Assembly: GCA_964514545.1 (NCBI GenBank)
Contig: CAZETR010000011.1
Location: forward strand, 26,294 to 90,293
Direction: 5' to 3'
DNA length: 64,000 nucleotides
Source of the DNA: an uncultured Gammaproteobacteria bacterium
GTDB lineage: Bacteria; Patescibacteriota; Microgenomatia; CAZETR01
In this document: positions 27,474-37,375 of the stretch, piece by piece
Position numbering within the stretch: position 1 is the stretch's first letter
Layout: each line of letters begins with the position of its first letter
Made by a program: the position numbers and the translations under genes
Notes under the pieces: generated by a model
Database searches by the model: none
The model's input: the letters and a program-made list of their open reading frames with translations, nothing else
Told to the model about the DNA's origin: nothing

Positions 27474-29396
27474 CTATAGCTTGTACGAAACAGAATTATT
27501 TATTTTTTGAGGATCGAAGAGATAAACATTTTTTACAACCGGGGTGGAGTTACAGACAAGTAAGTTTCTAACCTCTTCCCTAAAAATAACCCTGTTTTCT
27601 TCTCTGGTAATACTAAGGTTGTATCGATCGCGGCAAGCTTTTCTATCTGCCAAATATAGTTTCTTGTTTTGTTTTACCATCAAATTAAATGCTTCAATTG
27701 GCGTGGAACCTGTAAACTCGGTAGCAATCAATTTACAGTTAACGTTAAATATCTGGCCCGGGCTCTCGTCCGGGTCGTGTATGAGCCACTCATCGATCAG
27801 CTCCAGCTCTTTTTCTCCGGGAGTACCGCACCAGGCGAACAAATCGCCGTTGTGTCGATGCCGGTCTTTAAGCCAATCAAAAATGTTTGTTTTTCCAAAA
27901 GCGAAATTTATTTCCTGGGGCGAAACATAAAATCTCGTGGAATAGATTGTCTTTGTCGTTGATGATAGTTTTCCAATGAGGAAAGAAAGAAGAATTATTT
28001 TGTAGCTTATGAGTAAAACTTTTCCAGTGGGACTCTTGAGCTTTATGGCAAATGGTAGAGCTAACACTAGTGTCAAAATTATTTGGAGGAAATAGAAGTA
28101 TCGGTCGACAAAGCCCGAGAATAGTTTAATGATGGGAAATACAATTGTCCCGCTAAGGAGAAGAAATGTCGCAATTCTAGTTAGTTGGGGCTTTCTTCCG
28201 ATAATTAAAATTAGGGCTGCTGGGATCATCAAGGCCACTAAGATCGAGTTTCCCCTAGTGGCGCTAATTACTATTTGAGGGAGATTTGACAAAGTTAAGG
28301 GTGTAGTCCAACTGCCAAAAAAACCTTCGGTGCTATAACAATTATTAAACCTGCACTTAAAAACGTTGGAAAGGAAAGGGTAGAGTGGGTTACCTGTGTA
28401 AATCCAGGTTTTAATATACCAAAACCCGCCGAACAAAACTAGAATAAAAATTATTCTAAGTATCAGAGCTTTGCTGAGAAGTTGTTTGTGTCGGTTTATG
28501 ATGCCCCATCCTGATAGAAGAGTCATCGATACAACAAAAGGGGCCAGGCCGGGGAGTTTGCTGCCAATTGTCAGTCCCCAGAAAGCAAAGCTGGCCATAA
28601 GGACTCCCGGATTAGTACTTAGAAAGTATTCGATCAAGGTAACGATGCCAAGAGCGGTTAGAGAAGCGGTGGAGTAATCTATATAACCGCTAGTTGCCAT
28701 GATGAGCATGTCGTGGTGGAGAAACAAATAAAGAAGTGAAAAAATGGCGGCCGCCCGTAAATTGCTCCGGGACTTGAACCATGCATAAATGGACCAGATT
28801 CCGCTATAAAGAATCATGAAGTGCAGAAGTCTGGCCGGAGCAAATGTTTTGGTGAGTGCAAAAGGAATATTTAAAAAAAGATCCATTTCTTTGGGCAAAT
28901 TTGGATAAAACCTGTCATTGAAAATCCATAATCCGGTTTTAAAGTCCTTGGGTTGGGTCCAGGTAACGTGATTTGCCTCAAAGGGGGACATGAAGTGATA
29001 GGCCATTTCGTCCGTGGTGTATGGAGGCAGAGAGCTTTTGACAAAGAGAATTGGCAGGAATATGGCTAGGGGGATGAGCAGAAAAGCATTACTTTTTATG
29101 AAGACAAATAGTTCAAGCCAGTTTTTGTTTTTTATATAACTCGGGACCGAAATGACGGCCAGTGTGATCAAGGCTAAAAATATCGGTAGGGAGCGTAAGG
29201 GGAAAAAGAAATGAACAAAAAAACTAACAATAACCACCACGCCTAACCCAAAAAACCAGATCACGGGGCGGAGAAATTGGGGGGATTTAATTAGACGCTT
29301 ATCGACGAATATGCCTAACGCGTCGAGAAAAAGGAAAAATATGATTACAAACCCAAGTAGGCCTGGTGTCAGTGGTTTAAAATATTCGGAGAGCAT
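27474..29396 (-). CDS. Large polytopic membrane protein, PPY-DEM-YH family paralog 2 (putative GT-C-like)
   Basis: SSLPPYTTDEMAYHF, LTKTFAPARLL, SGYIDYST. The C-terminal domain is conserved with paralog 1 (SPQEI.FAFGKTNIFDWLKDRHR). Confidence 0.6.
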   Translation of the reverse strand: MLSEYFKPLTPGLLGFVIIFFLFLDALGIFVDKRLIKSPQFLRPVIWFFGLGVVVIVSFFVHFFFPLRSLPIFLALITLAVISVPSYIKNKNWLELFVFIKSNAFLLIPLAIFLPILFVKSSLPPYTTDEMAYHFMSPFEANHVTWTQPKDFKTGLWIFNDRFYPNLPKEMDLFLNIPFALTKTFAPARLLHFMILYSGIWSIYAWFKSRSNLRAAAIFSLLYLFLHHDMLIMATSGYIDYSTASLTALGIVTLIEYFLSTNPGVLMASFAFWGLTIGSKLPGLAPFVVSMTLLSGWGIINRHKQLLSKALILRIIFILVLFGGFWYIKTWIYTGNPLYPFLSNVFKCRFNNCYSTEGFFGSWTTPLTLSNLPQIVISATRGNSILVALMIPAALILIIGRKPQLTRIATFLLLSGTIVFPIIKLFSGFVDRYFYFLQIILTLVLALPFAIKLKSPTGKVLLISYKIILLSFLIGKLSSTTKTIYSTRFYVSPQEINFAFGKTNIFDWLKDRHRHNGDLFAWCGTPGEKELELIDEWLIHDPDESPGQIFNVNCKLIATEFTGSTPIEAFNLMVKQNKKLYLADRKACRDRYNLSITREENRVIFREEVRNLLVCNSTPVVKNVYLFDPQKINNSVSYKL

Positions 29397-29426
29397 CGTG
29401 CCGTCTCATCATACATGGTCACCCTT

Positions 29427-31268
29427 TTAACTTGAAACGACCTGTTTTACTTTCTTGGCGGGGTTTCCGACGGCGATAGTATTTTTGGCAATGTTTTTGG
29501 TAACTACACTTCCCGCACCGATAACAGCGTTATTCCCGATTGTAATCCCCTTTAGAATTATCGCATTTGTTCCAATAAAAACATTCTTTCCAACTAGTAC
29601 TTCCCGGGATTTAATGTTTGCTTTGTTGAAGCGGCGATTCGTGCTATCTATCGGATGAAAATCCGTATCGAGAATTATGCTGTTCGCTCCAACCAAAGTC
29701 CCTTCGCCAATATTAATACTTCTTGCGGCACAGATAACTCCACCCGTAATTCCCACGTTGTCGCCGATAGAAATTGATGCTCCTTTTTCCCACGTGGTTA
29801 AGATTAGCGGGTGATTTACTCCAAGAGGATTTGAATATTTCCAATTGCGCACCTCAACTCCATCCCCTATCCTGATGCTACTATTTTTATGTTTCATAAT
29901 TTTGGGAAATCCATACCATTTGGTGTTTTTGCCTACGCTCACTCCCAATGCTTTGAGATAAACCAGAATTAGTGGATGGTAAATCATGCGTTTTATCTCT
30001 AAAGTAACTTTCCACACAGCACCAAAGCCGGTAATTGTTTCTCTAATTTTAGTTATTTCTATTTTTGCTTCTTCTTTTGAAGGCATGAATTCCTTAAGGA
30101 TGAGGAGAACGACTACAAATTGAATTAAGCCCAAGATAGTTAGCATTGGTTCGTAATTAAGAGTGAGGAATACCGGCCCACCTGTTCCTAATCTATATCT
30201 GACCCAGATACTGTAGAGGTGAATAGCAATTGAGAGAAACCAATATAGTCGGATTCTAGGATTCTCGAAAATATAGAATAGAAGAAGGATCGACGCATTG
30301 TAAAAGTGGTTGGCATGGGCCTGGATGACAATCTGGGGCAATAAGACTGAGGATAAGGTGTAAGTGTCAAGCAAGCTACTTCTTTTTCTTAAAATTGAGA
30401 GTGTAATGAAAATAGTCATTATCGTAAGCGTCAAATACAAAGTTATGTCGGTAATTGTGTGACTAAAGTATGGGGTGTAGATAGGGCCTGATTTATGTAC
30501 AATGCTCTGGATTAACCTAACAATTGGGTGCCAAATATTTACTTCCGATCCCACGAGTACGGGAAATGTATTCTTAACTTGTGTCAGTCTCCATGCAAGA
30601 TAAAATATCGATTGGCCGCTTATTTTGAAATAGATTGAAAAGGCAATGAAAGGGACGATAAAGCCGGAAAAATAATTTAGGGCTGCTTCTATGTGCTGAT
30701 GCACAACTTCCTTAAGTACTAGGAAGATAGCTGCTCCAAGAACTAGTGACTGTGCTTGTGGCTTTGCCATAAATGCCAGTCCCAACATTAGTCCTGAGAA
30801 AAAGGCCTTGTGCTTTACCTTTATGAATTCTTGCCAGATGGCGGCAGAGAGAAGAATAAAAAACGCCATAAGTGAGTCCCAGAAACCTTGCCAGGCTGAG
30901 ATTATAATGAACCATGGGTTAAGCCAATATAATCCAAGCATTTGGAGTTTTTTATTCGGGAAAAGAACTAGCAATAACTTAAGTATTGCTAGTTCAAAAA
31001 TTAAATTGGAAACCTTGAAGGGAAGGAACCAAAGACTGGGAATGGTTTTGGCAATACACGCATCTATTCCGTAGAAAATATAGGTAATGGGAAAATAGAC
31101 TCCGTAAAAAGCATTTGAGAGGCCTTTTTCACAGACGTCTTTGCCCCACGCGTAATAAGCGTCTTTCATATCATGCATCCCCTCTACAAATAACCCGGGA
31201 AACCTTAGGGTCAATCCGACGGCAAAAAGAAGGCCAAGTAAGATTGTTTTGTTGTATCTACGCTTCAT
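29427..31268 (-). CDS. Fusion protein: N-terminal ~400-aa polytopic membrane (GT-C-like) domain plus C-terminal left-handed β-helix (hexapeptide) acetyltransferase domain
   Basis: The C-terminal repeats IRIGDGVEV...ISIGDNVGITGGVIC...INIGEGTLVGANSIIL...VLVGKNVFIGTNAIILKGITIGNNAVIGAGSVV are typical of Mac/LacA-like acetyltransferases. The N-terminus has more than ten hydrophobic helices. Confidence 0.7.
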   Translation of the reverse strand: MKRRYNKTILLGLLFAVGLTLRFPGLFVEGMHDMKDAYYAWGKDVCEKGLSNAFYGVYFPITYIFYGIDACIAKTIPSLWFLPFKVSNLIFELAILKLLLVLFPNKKLQMLGLYWLNPWFIIISAWQGFWDSLMAFFILLSAAIWQEFIKVKHKAFFSGLMLGLAFMAKPQAQSLVLGAAIFLVLKEVVHQHIEAALNYFSGFIVPFIAFSIYFKISGQSIFYLAWRLTQVKNTFPVLVGSEVNIWHPIVRLIQSIVHKSGPIYTPYFSHTITDITLYLTLTIMTIFITLSILRKRSSLLDTYTLSSVLLPQIVIQAHANHFYNASILLLFYIFENPRIRLYWFLSIAIHLYSIWVRYRLGTGGPVFLTLNYEPMLTILGLIQFVVVLLILKEFMPSKEEAKIEITKIRETITGFGAVWKVTLEIKRMIYHPLILVYLKALGVSVGKNTKWYGFPKIMKHKNSSIRIGDGVEVRNWKYSNPLGVNHPLILTTWEKGASISIGDNVGITGGVICAARSINIGEGTLVGANSIILDTDFHPIDSTNRRFNKANIKSREVLVGKNVFIGTNAIILKGITIGNNAVIGAGSVVTKNIAKNTIAVGNPAKKVKQVVSS

Positions 31269-31971
31269 CTGCCCTTAATTTGATTGTGATAATGTCTATA
31301 ATCATCCTTGTTCCAAGTTTGAGAGCCTTTCCAAGTGTCCCAGAGTAAGTGCTCTCTCCGGTGGGTCTCTCTTTGTAGTTAACCGGTATTTGAATTATTG
31401 ATAGATTGTTTTTGCAAGCAAGCACCATCATTTCCAGGCTGAAATCTCCTCCGTTGGCTCTGAATTGTCTTCTAATTTTTTCTAAGGCTTTTTTATGGAT
31501 AATTCGATAGGTGCAACCAACGTCTGAGAGTGAAACTGTGTTGAATAAAAACTGGACTAATTTTGCGACAACGTAGTTTCCCCATTTGAGTAAAAATCCC
31601 ATGTTCGCCCCTTCCCAAATCAATTCCTGCACTGTTCTTGTTCCAATTACGAATTGAAACTCCTTGCTGTAGCTTAGAAGTTTGAATATATCATTAGCTA
31701 CAAACGTACCGTCAGGTTCACAGATTACGATTAGGTCCCCTTTTGCCACCCTTAATCCTTTTTGAATTGCAGCGCCATATCCCTGTTTGACTTCTGGTAC
31801 CACCTTTGCACTTGTCCCTGCGGTCGTTTTTAAAACATCAAACGTGGCGTTATTATCGATAATAATAATTTCATCTATGGCTCTGGTCTTCTCGAAGTCG
31901 AGAATGCTTTTGCGAAGAGTAGCCCGCTCGTTATATGTTGGCATAACGAGTGAAAGTTTAAGTTGTTTCAT
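31258..31971 (-). CDS. GT2 polyprenyl-phosphate sugar synthase-like (Dpm1/ArnC/GtrB-type)
   Basis: LSLVMPTYNERATL... DxD region and a small single-domain GT2 typical of Dol-P/Und-P-hexose synthases. Confidence 0.8.
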   Translation of the reverse strand: MKQLKLSLVMPTYNERATLRKSILDFEKTRAIDEIIIIDNNATFDVLKTTAGTSAKVVPEVKQGYGAAIQKGLRVAKGDLIVICEPDGTFVANDIFKLLSYSKEFQFVIGTRTVQELIWEGANMGFLLKWGNYVVAKLVQFLFNTVSLSDVGCTYRIIHKKALEKIRRQFRANGGDFSLEMMVLACKNNLSIIQIPVNYKERPTGESTYSGTLGKALKLGTRMIIDIITIKLRADEA

Positions 31972-32101
31972 CTTTTATAATTTCAGGGTCATTTTTATTT
32001 TATCAGGCTCTTGCTAAAAAAATCCGTGTGTTCTTTATAAACTTGAGTTTTGTTCTTTACAAGTCTTTAGTTGTCGGTTATGTTGGCTGTGAGTTTGTTT
32101 T
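31972..32101. promoter_or_regulatory. Divergent intergenic/promoter region
   Basis: 130-nt AT-rich gap between a head-to-head minus-strand run and the plus-strand epimerase gene. Confidence 0.3.
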
Positions 32102-33106
32102 ATGAGTAGAAAAAGAACTAGTCTGGTAACGGGTGGGGCTGGGTTTATAGGGTCTCATGTGGCGAGTTATTTATTGAAAATGGGCCAGAGGGTGGTTATA
32201 CTCGATGATTTAAGTGGGGGAAGTATTTCGAATATCCCCAAAGGGGCAGTGTTCGTTAACGGGTCTATAAACGACTCCGGAGTCGTCGAGCCGATTTTTG
32301 ATATGTGTAGATTTGATTATGTTTATCATTTAGCTGCGTATGCGGCTGAGGGACTTAGTCACTTTGTTCGAAAATTCAATTATGAAAACAATTTAATGGG
32401 TTCTATTAATCTTATAAACCAGTCGATTAAATTTGAAGTCAAACATTTTGTTTTTACTTCAAGTATTGCAGTCTATGGAACTAATCAGTTGCCCATGATC
32501 GAAACTCTTATTCCAAATCCAGAGGATCCCTATGGAATAGCAAAATTGGCGGTCGAGAAAGATCTTGAGTCAGCTCATAAAATGTTTGGTCTCACTTATA
32601 CAGTTTTCCGACCCCACAATGTATTCGGGGAGAGACAAAATTTGGGAGATCCTTATCGGAACGTGATAGGGATATTTATTAATAAATGTTTAAAGGGAGA
32701 GCCGATGCAAATATTTGGCGATGGAAGACAAACAAGGGCGTTTTCGTATATCGATGATGTGGCGCCATATATAGCAAAGAGTGCCGAAGTAAAAGAAGCT
32801 TGTAATGAGATTATTAATATAGGGGCAGATCATCCTTATTCCGTGAAGGCTATTGCCGGGATTGTGGCTGAATTAATGGGATCTAAAACGAAGATAAGAT
32901 TTGTGAAAGGCCGCCAGGAGACAAAACATGCTTATTCTGATCATGCAAAGGGGAAGAGAATTTTTAACATTACAAAGACGACAGACTTTAGATCTGGGCT
33001 GTCAAGAATGATCGACTGGGCGAGGCAAAAAGATCAACTATTTACTTCGAAAGTACCAGAAATCGAGGTTGTGAAGAATTTGCCGACTGCATGGAGAGTG
33101 AAATGA
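32102..33106 (+). CDS. NAD-dependent epimerase/dehydratase (extended SDR)
   Basis: TGGAGFIGSHV Rossmann motif, YxxxK region YHLAAYAAEG...; family-level call only. Confidence 0.85.
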   Translation: MSRKRTSLVTGGAGFIGSHVASYLLKMGQRVVILDDLSGGSISNIPKGAVFVNGSINDSGVVEPIFDMCRFDYVYHLAAYAAEGLSHFVRKFNYENNLMGSINLINQSIKFEVKHFVFTSSIAVYGTNQLPMIETLIPNPEDPYGIAKLAVEKDLESAHKMFGLTYTVFRPHNVFGERQNLGDPYRNVIGIFINKCLKGEPMQIFGDGRQTRAFSYIDDVAPYIAKSAEVKEACNEIINIGADHPYSVKAIAGIVAELMGSKTKIRFVKGRQETKHAYSDHAKGKRIFNITKTTDFRSGLSRMIDWARQKDQLFTSKVPEIEVVKNLPTAWRVK

Positions 33107-33137
33107 CTGAGAACCCAAGATGTGAATTTTATGATAG

Positions 33138-34928
33138 CTATTTGCTAAAACCGGTAAATTCATAGAGGTATGGTTTTATCTTTCTTGATTTGCAAATGAC
33201 ATCGTTGTTGTTTTTTCTAAAATAATACTTGCCGTCAGAGTCGTCTACTGGCAAATTCTTGTCGCATTCAGAAAGTGAGATTGCGTAAAGTGGTTTAGCC
33301 TTTGAATAAGTTGAGAGCTCATCGCGACTGTGGGAGCAATTGGTCATAAAGATGGAAAATAATGCATCGTAGTTCCCCCAAATTAGCTCCGGGTCTGTAA
33401 CTCTAATTTGAGTGTCAGGATTTACTTCTTCGCACCATTTTATGACTCCTCCCAGTCTGGGAAAGAAAGCACGAGTCCAATCGTAAATATTTATCATGCC
33501 TTTGGCGTAGGCTAGCTCTCTGGGATTTTGCGTATAGGCTAATTTCACTGTATTTAGAGTGTTTATGGAATTGCGATAAATAAATGAGGCCGAGTAAACC
33601 ATAAGTAATAGGGCGAGTGCCTTGGGGAAAAAATGGATTTTTGACAGATTCCAAGACGCGGCCACAAAAAGAATAGTCATCAGTTGCCAATGAATAAAGT
33701 ATCTGGGTTCAAAAGCCGTAAATTTTGATGAGATTGTCCAGTCAAGAGCTAAAATAGACGTTAATAAGAGCGTGAATTTAACTGATTTCCTGTTCCGGTG
33801 AATGAGGAGAAGAATTAGGGAAATTAATAATAATTTTTCGATACTTAGAAATTGATTGAAAAGTAAAGACTTTATCTTGCTTAGATTGCTAAGGGTAATA
33901 GGAGTGGTCCAGCTGCCAAAAATGTCTGTTTTCTTAGGACATGTTTTACAGGCAAAAATTAATGGATAAACCGGATTCTTGTACAGAACCGCGTTTTTAA
34001 TATACCAGTATCCTCCAAACAGAGAAAAAATTACTAAACATGATATTAACGTGTTTCTTCTAACCGCTTTAAAATCTACAAGTAAACTTATTAGAAAAAT
34101 TGAGATTGCGCTGGAAAGAACTGAGTACTTCATGCCTACCGCCAAGGCGATAAAGCCGACTCTTCCTGCTAGTGAATTTTTGTAAAAAAAGGTGAGCAGG
34201 GCCAAAATTATAAATGCAGCGGCTGCCACGTCGACGTAACCGGATGTACTTAAAGTGAGAATGTCGGGACTGAAAAATAGGATGCCGATGTACCCTCCTG
34301 CTGCCGAGAGAGTTCCAATGTTCTCCTTTAAACAGAAGTAAACTGTAGCTGCCGCAGTTAAAAAGATCAGGAATTGCAGCAGCCTGGCCGATGCGTACGT
34401 CTTGGTTAATACAAATAGGCCCAAGGCCGCGGTTTCAAGTGATCTGGGCATACTTGAGTAGAGTCCGCCTGACAGATTCCACGATTTTTCAAAAGTAATA
34501 GTTGATGGGGACTGCCAGTGATAGGCCATTTCATCCCACATGTACGGTGGAAGAGAGAGCTTTGTAAATATTGGCTTTGCGATGATTACCAAGGGAAGCA
34601 GTAGCACTACGACATCAGGCAATATTTGTTTGAATGAAATATTAAGTTTAATCCTCGAGATTTTGGTTTTATAAAAGCAGAAGAGAAAAATCGGTAAATA
34701 TAAATCTAAAACCGTGGTCGGCTTTAGGGGATAAAAAAGGTGACCTACGTAAACCGCGAGTGTCCAAATAGCTAGGCCAAAGGTCCACCTGGTGAGCAAA
34801 AGAGCCGAGGGAAGTTTGATAAATTTCTTATCGATCCAGGTACCGACAACAAACCAGGAGAGAAAAAGTGCAAAATAAACTAAGAGGTTAAAGAAATTTA
34901 GAGGTTGAAAATAATCGAGGAGTGTCAT
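33138..34928 (-). CDS. Large polytopic membrane protein, PPY-DEM-YH family paralog 3 (putative GT-C-like)
   Basis: LSLPPYMWDEMAYHW, LTKTYASARLL, SGYVDV. Shorter C-terminal domain than paralogs 1 and 2. Confidence 0.6.
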   Translation of the reverse strand: MTLLDYFQPLNFFNLLVYFALFLSWFVVGTWIDKKFIKLPSALLLTRWTFGLAIWTLAVYVGHLFYPLKPTTVLDLYLPIFLFCFYKTKISRIKLNISFKQILPDVVVLLLPLVIIAKPIFTKLSLPPYMWDEMAYHWQSPSTITFEKSWNLSGGLYSSMPRSLETAALGLFVLTKTYASARLLQFLIFLTAAATVYFCLKENIGTLSAAGGYIGILFFSPDILTLSTSGYVDVAAAAFIILALLTFFYKNSLAGRVGFIALAVGMKYSVLSSAISIFLISLLVDFKAVRRNTLISCLVIFSLFGGYWYIKNAVLYKNPVYPLIFACKTCPKKTDIFGSWTTPITLSNLSKIKSLLFNQFLSIEKLLLISLILLLIHRNRKSVKFTLLLTSILALDWTISSKFTAFEPRYFIHWQLMTILFVAASWNLSKIHFFPKALALLLMVYSASFIYRNSINTLNTVKLAYTQNPRELAYAKGMINIYDWTRAFFPRLGGVIKWCEEVNPDTQIRVTDPELIWGNYDALFSIFMTNCSHSRDELSTYSKAKPLYAISLSECDKNLPVDDSDGKYYFRKNNNDVICKSRKIKPYLYEFTGFSK

Positions 34929-35695
34929 GGGGAGTTTGTAATGATAAGATGAGATGGAATAATTCCAAGAGTCATATAAATTATTACCCTGAATTTATTT
35001 CCTGGAAGCATTTTTACAATATCTTTTACGTACAACGGATTTAGGTTTGAATTTGAGGACCAGAATGACTTGCCTGTAAATTTACATAGAAACCGAAAAA
35101 TTTTGAGAGGAAGCCAGTGGAGAAAGAAAAATCCTGTATGTGGCTCATAAATACAACCTCTGTAAGGAGTCGTGATAAATATTTTTTTCCCAACTCGAGC
35201 TATTTCTCTTATAAATTTTGCTTGTTTGGTAAAGTTTCCTACATGCTCCAATGTTGCCCATGCTGTGGCGATATCAAATTGATTTGATTTAAACGGTAAC
35301 CTTACATTAGGTTCTATTCTAATAATTTTAATCTTCGGATATTTTTTCTTTATTTCTGAATAGTCTTCGACCGCAAGGGCCGTAATTTGTGATGGGTATG
35401 GATAGTGTTTCTCAAAATAATTTGCATCTACCATGTCCTCAGTTGGTGAGATCCCTATGTCTATAACGGTTTCGTCTGGTTTCGGTTTGTACTCACGAAG
35501 TAAGAGATTTAGCTGCTCCTTTCTGACTCGCAGAGACAAGTGACTCAAGAATCTCTTCGTGATGCCGACTTTGTTTTCCGGATTTGTAGTCCAAGTGGAA
35601 GCATTGTACTGACTCATCAAAGTTAACCTTTGTACGTTTTGAATAACTTGCTTTCCTTCAGAATGAAGCTGATATCTCTTAGTCCATCTCTCCAT
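34925..35695 (-). CDS. Class I SAM-dependent methyltransferase
   Basis: VIDIGISPTE and FDIATAWATLEHV (Methyltransf_11-like). An alternative start at 35617 would remove the 72-nt overlap. Confidence 0.6.
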   Translation of the reverse strand: MERWTKRYQLHSEGKQVIQNVQRLTLMSQYNASTWTTNPENKVGITKRFLSHLSLRVRKEQLNLLLREYKPKPDETVIDIGISPTEDMVDANYFEKHYPYPSQITALAVEDYSEIKKKYPKIKIIRIEPNVRLPFKSNQFDIATAWATLEHVGNFTKQAKFIREIARVGKKIFITTPYRGCIYEPHTGFFFLHWLPLKIFRFLCKFTGKSFWSSNSNLNPLYVKDIVKMLPGNKFRVIIYMTLGIIPSHLIITNSP

Positions 35696-36348
35696 TGATT
35701 AAGGTTGGATTTTCTGATTCTTCCATCAGGGTGGTAAGTTATGGGAACTTCCTTTAAACTTACGCCTGCTTGCCTGGCTTTGATCGTTGTTTCAGGGCCG
35801 AATTCCATTCCGGGTGAAGAGAGATTCATTTTTTGGAAGGCATTCTTCGAAAATGCCTTCATGCCACAGCAAAGATCGCTAATATGTGTCGAGCAGAAAA
35901 GATTAGCTGTCAAGGTCAATACGGGATTTCCGATATACTGGTGCGACCAGGGCATGGAACCGGGCAGAATTTTGCCTTTGTACCTGCTCCCCATCACAAC
36001 GTCATATCCTTCTCTTAGAAGTCTTATAAATCTGTCTATCTCGACTGGATCATAGCTACCATCAGCGTCTAGTTTAAGTAAATATTTGCCTTTTGCTTTT
36101 TTTAGCCCAGTGATGCAGGCATTGCCGTATCCCCTATTTCTTTCGATAATTATCCGGGCTCCGAGTTTTTTGGCAATCTCTTTTGACTTATCTGATGAAT
36201 TATTATCGCAGACAACTACTTCTCCGTTAATTTTGTGTTTCTTAAGAGCTTTAAAGCAATTTTTTACACAATTTCCGATGGTTCTCTCTTCGTTAAGACA
36301 TGGCATGACCAAGGATAGTTCAATGTTTTTTTTACTCGGTTTTTCCAC
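35623..36348 (-). CDS. GT2 polyprenyl-phosphate sugar synthase-like (Dpm1-type)
   Basis: ELSLVMPCLNEERTI...VVCDNNSSDKS...LKLDADGSYDP. Confidence 0.8.
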   Translation of the reverse strand: MEKPSKKNIELSLVMPCLNEERTIGNCVKNCFKALKKHKINGEVVVCDNNSSDKSKEIAKKLGARIIIERNRGYGNACITGLKKAKGKYLLKLDADGSYDPVEIDRFIRLLREGYDVVMGSRYKGKILPGSMPWSHQYIGNPVLTLTANLFCSTHISDLCCGMKAFSKNAFQKMNLSSPGMEFGPETTIKARQAGVSLKEVPITYHPDGRIRKSNLNQWRDGLRDISFILKESKLFKTYKG

Positions 36349-36385
36349 AGTTTAAGATTATTACCTTTTATTTGCTGTGTGGCAA

Positions 36386-37375
36386 TTACTTCTTTTTATA
36401 TCCCGAAGGATGCAAACTCATCCATCTCCAGGCAGTATTGATTATTTCCTGAGCGCTTGAGCGCTTTGGCTGCCAATTGAGCTCTGAAATGGCCTTGGAA
36501 GAATTGGCAATGAGGCGGGCAGGGTCGCCGGCTCGACGGTTGGTGATAGTAAAAGGAATCTTTTTACCGGTGACTTGTGAGGAGATCGCTATTATTTTTT
36601 TGACGCTAATTCCCTTCTGGTTTCCTAAATTAAACACGGAGTTTGGCAATCGGTCAAACTTGGAGATGGCAGAGATATGTGCCTGGGCAATGTCGATTAC
36701 ATGGACATAATCCCGCAGGCAAGATCCATCTGGGGTGTTGTAGTCATCCCCGAAAATACTAACTTGGTCTCTTTTGTTTTGAGCAACTTCCAGAACTAAT
36801 GGGATAAGGTGGGTCTCGGGACGGTGAAATTCACCATGAGTTTTACTGGCCCCGGCTGCATTAAAATATCTGAAAGTAAAATATTGTAAGCTGTGGGCTG
36901 AGGCATAATGCCTAAGAATCTGCTCAAACATGAGCTTGGACTCGCCATAAGCGTTTAGAGGTCCTTTGATCGCGTCCTCCGATATTGGCGATTGTCTAGT
37001 TTCTCCGTAGACCGCGGCGGTGGAGGAAAAAATGATTTGCTTGCATCCGTATTTAAGCATTGAATTAAGTAAAGTGATTCCGTTGGAGAGGTTGTTTTCG
37101 AAATACAGATGAGGGTGGGTGTTGGCTTTGCCAACTTCTGTCTCGGCGGCAAAGTGGATGACTGTTTGAACACTGTAACGCTTAAAGATCGAGTTAAGTA
37201 AAGACTGCTTGCCAATATTTCCCCGAACGAAAACAGCATCTGGGTCAACGGCTTGTCTGTGGCCGGTTTGCAGGTTGTCGATAACTATCGTTTTAAATCT
37301 CTTTTTGATGAGCATTTCCACACAGACTGATCCTATAAAACCTGCCCCGCCTGTCACTAGCACGGTCTTTTTCAT
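36386..37375 (-). CDS. galE: UDP-glucose 4-epimerase
   Basis: VLVTGGAGFIGS, FSSTAAVYGE and YGESK catalytic region; 329 aa. Confidence 0.85.
   Translation of the reverse strand: MKKTVLVTGGAGFIGSVCVEMLIKKRFKTIVIDNLQTGHRQAVDPDAVFVRGNIGKQSLLNSIFKRYSVQTVIHFAAETEVGKANTHPHLYFENNLSNGITLLNSMLKYGCKQIIFSSTAAVYGETRQSPISEDAIKGPLNAYGESKLMFEQILRHYASAHSLQYFTFRYFNAAGASKTHGEFHRPETHLIPLVLEVAQNKRDQVSIFGDDYNTPDGSCLRDYVHVIDIAQAHISAISKFDRLPNSVFNLGNQKGISVKKIIAISSQVTGKKIPFTITNRRAGDPARLIANSSKAISELNWQPKRSSAQEIINTAWRWMSLHPSGYKKK

Noticed and set aside
33107-33137. Possible intrinsic terminator between convergent genes 32102..33106(+) and 33138..34928(-)
   Set aside because: The 31-nt gap has no GC-rich stem followed by a T-tract. 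Other convergent pairs overlap outright, so Rho-independent terminators are not evident here.
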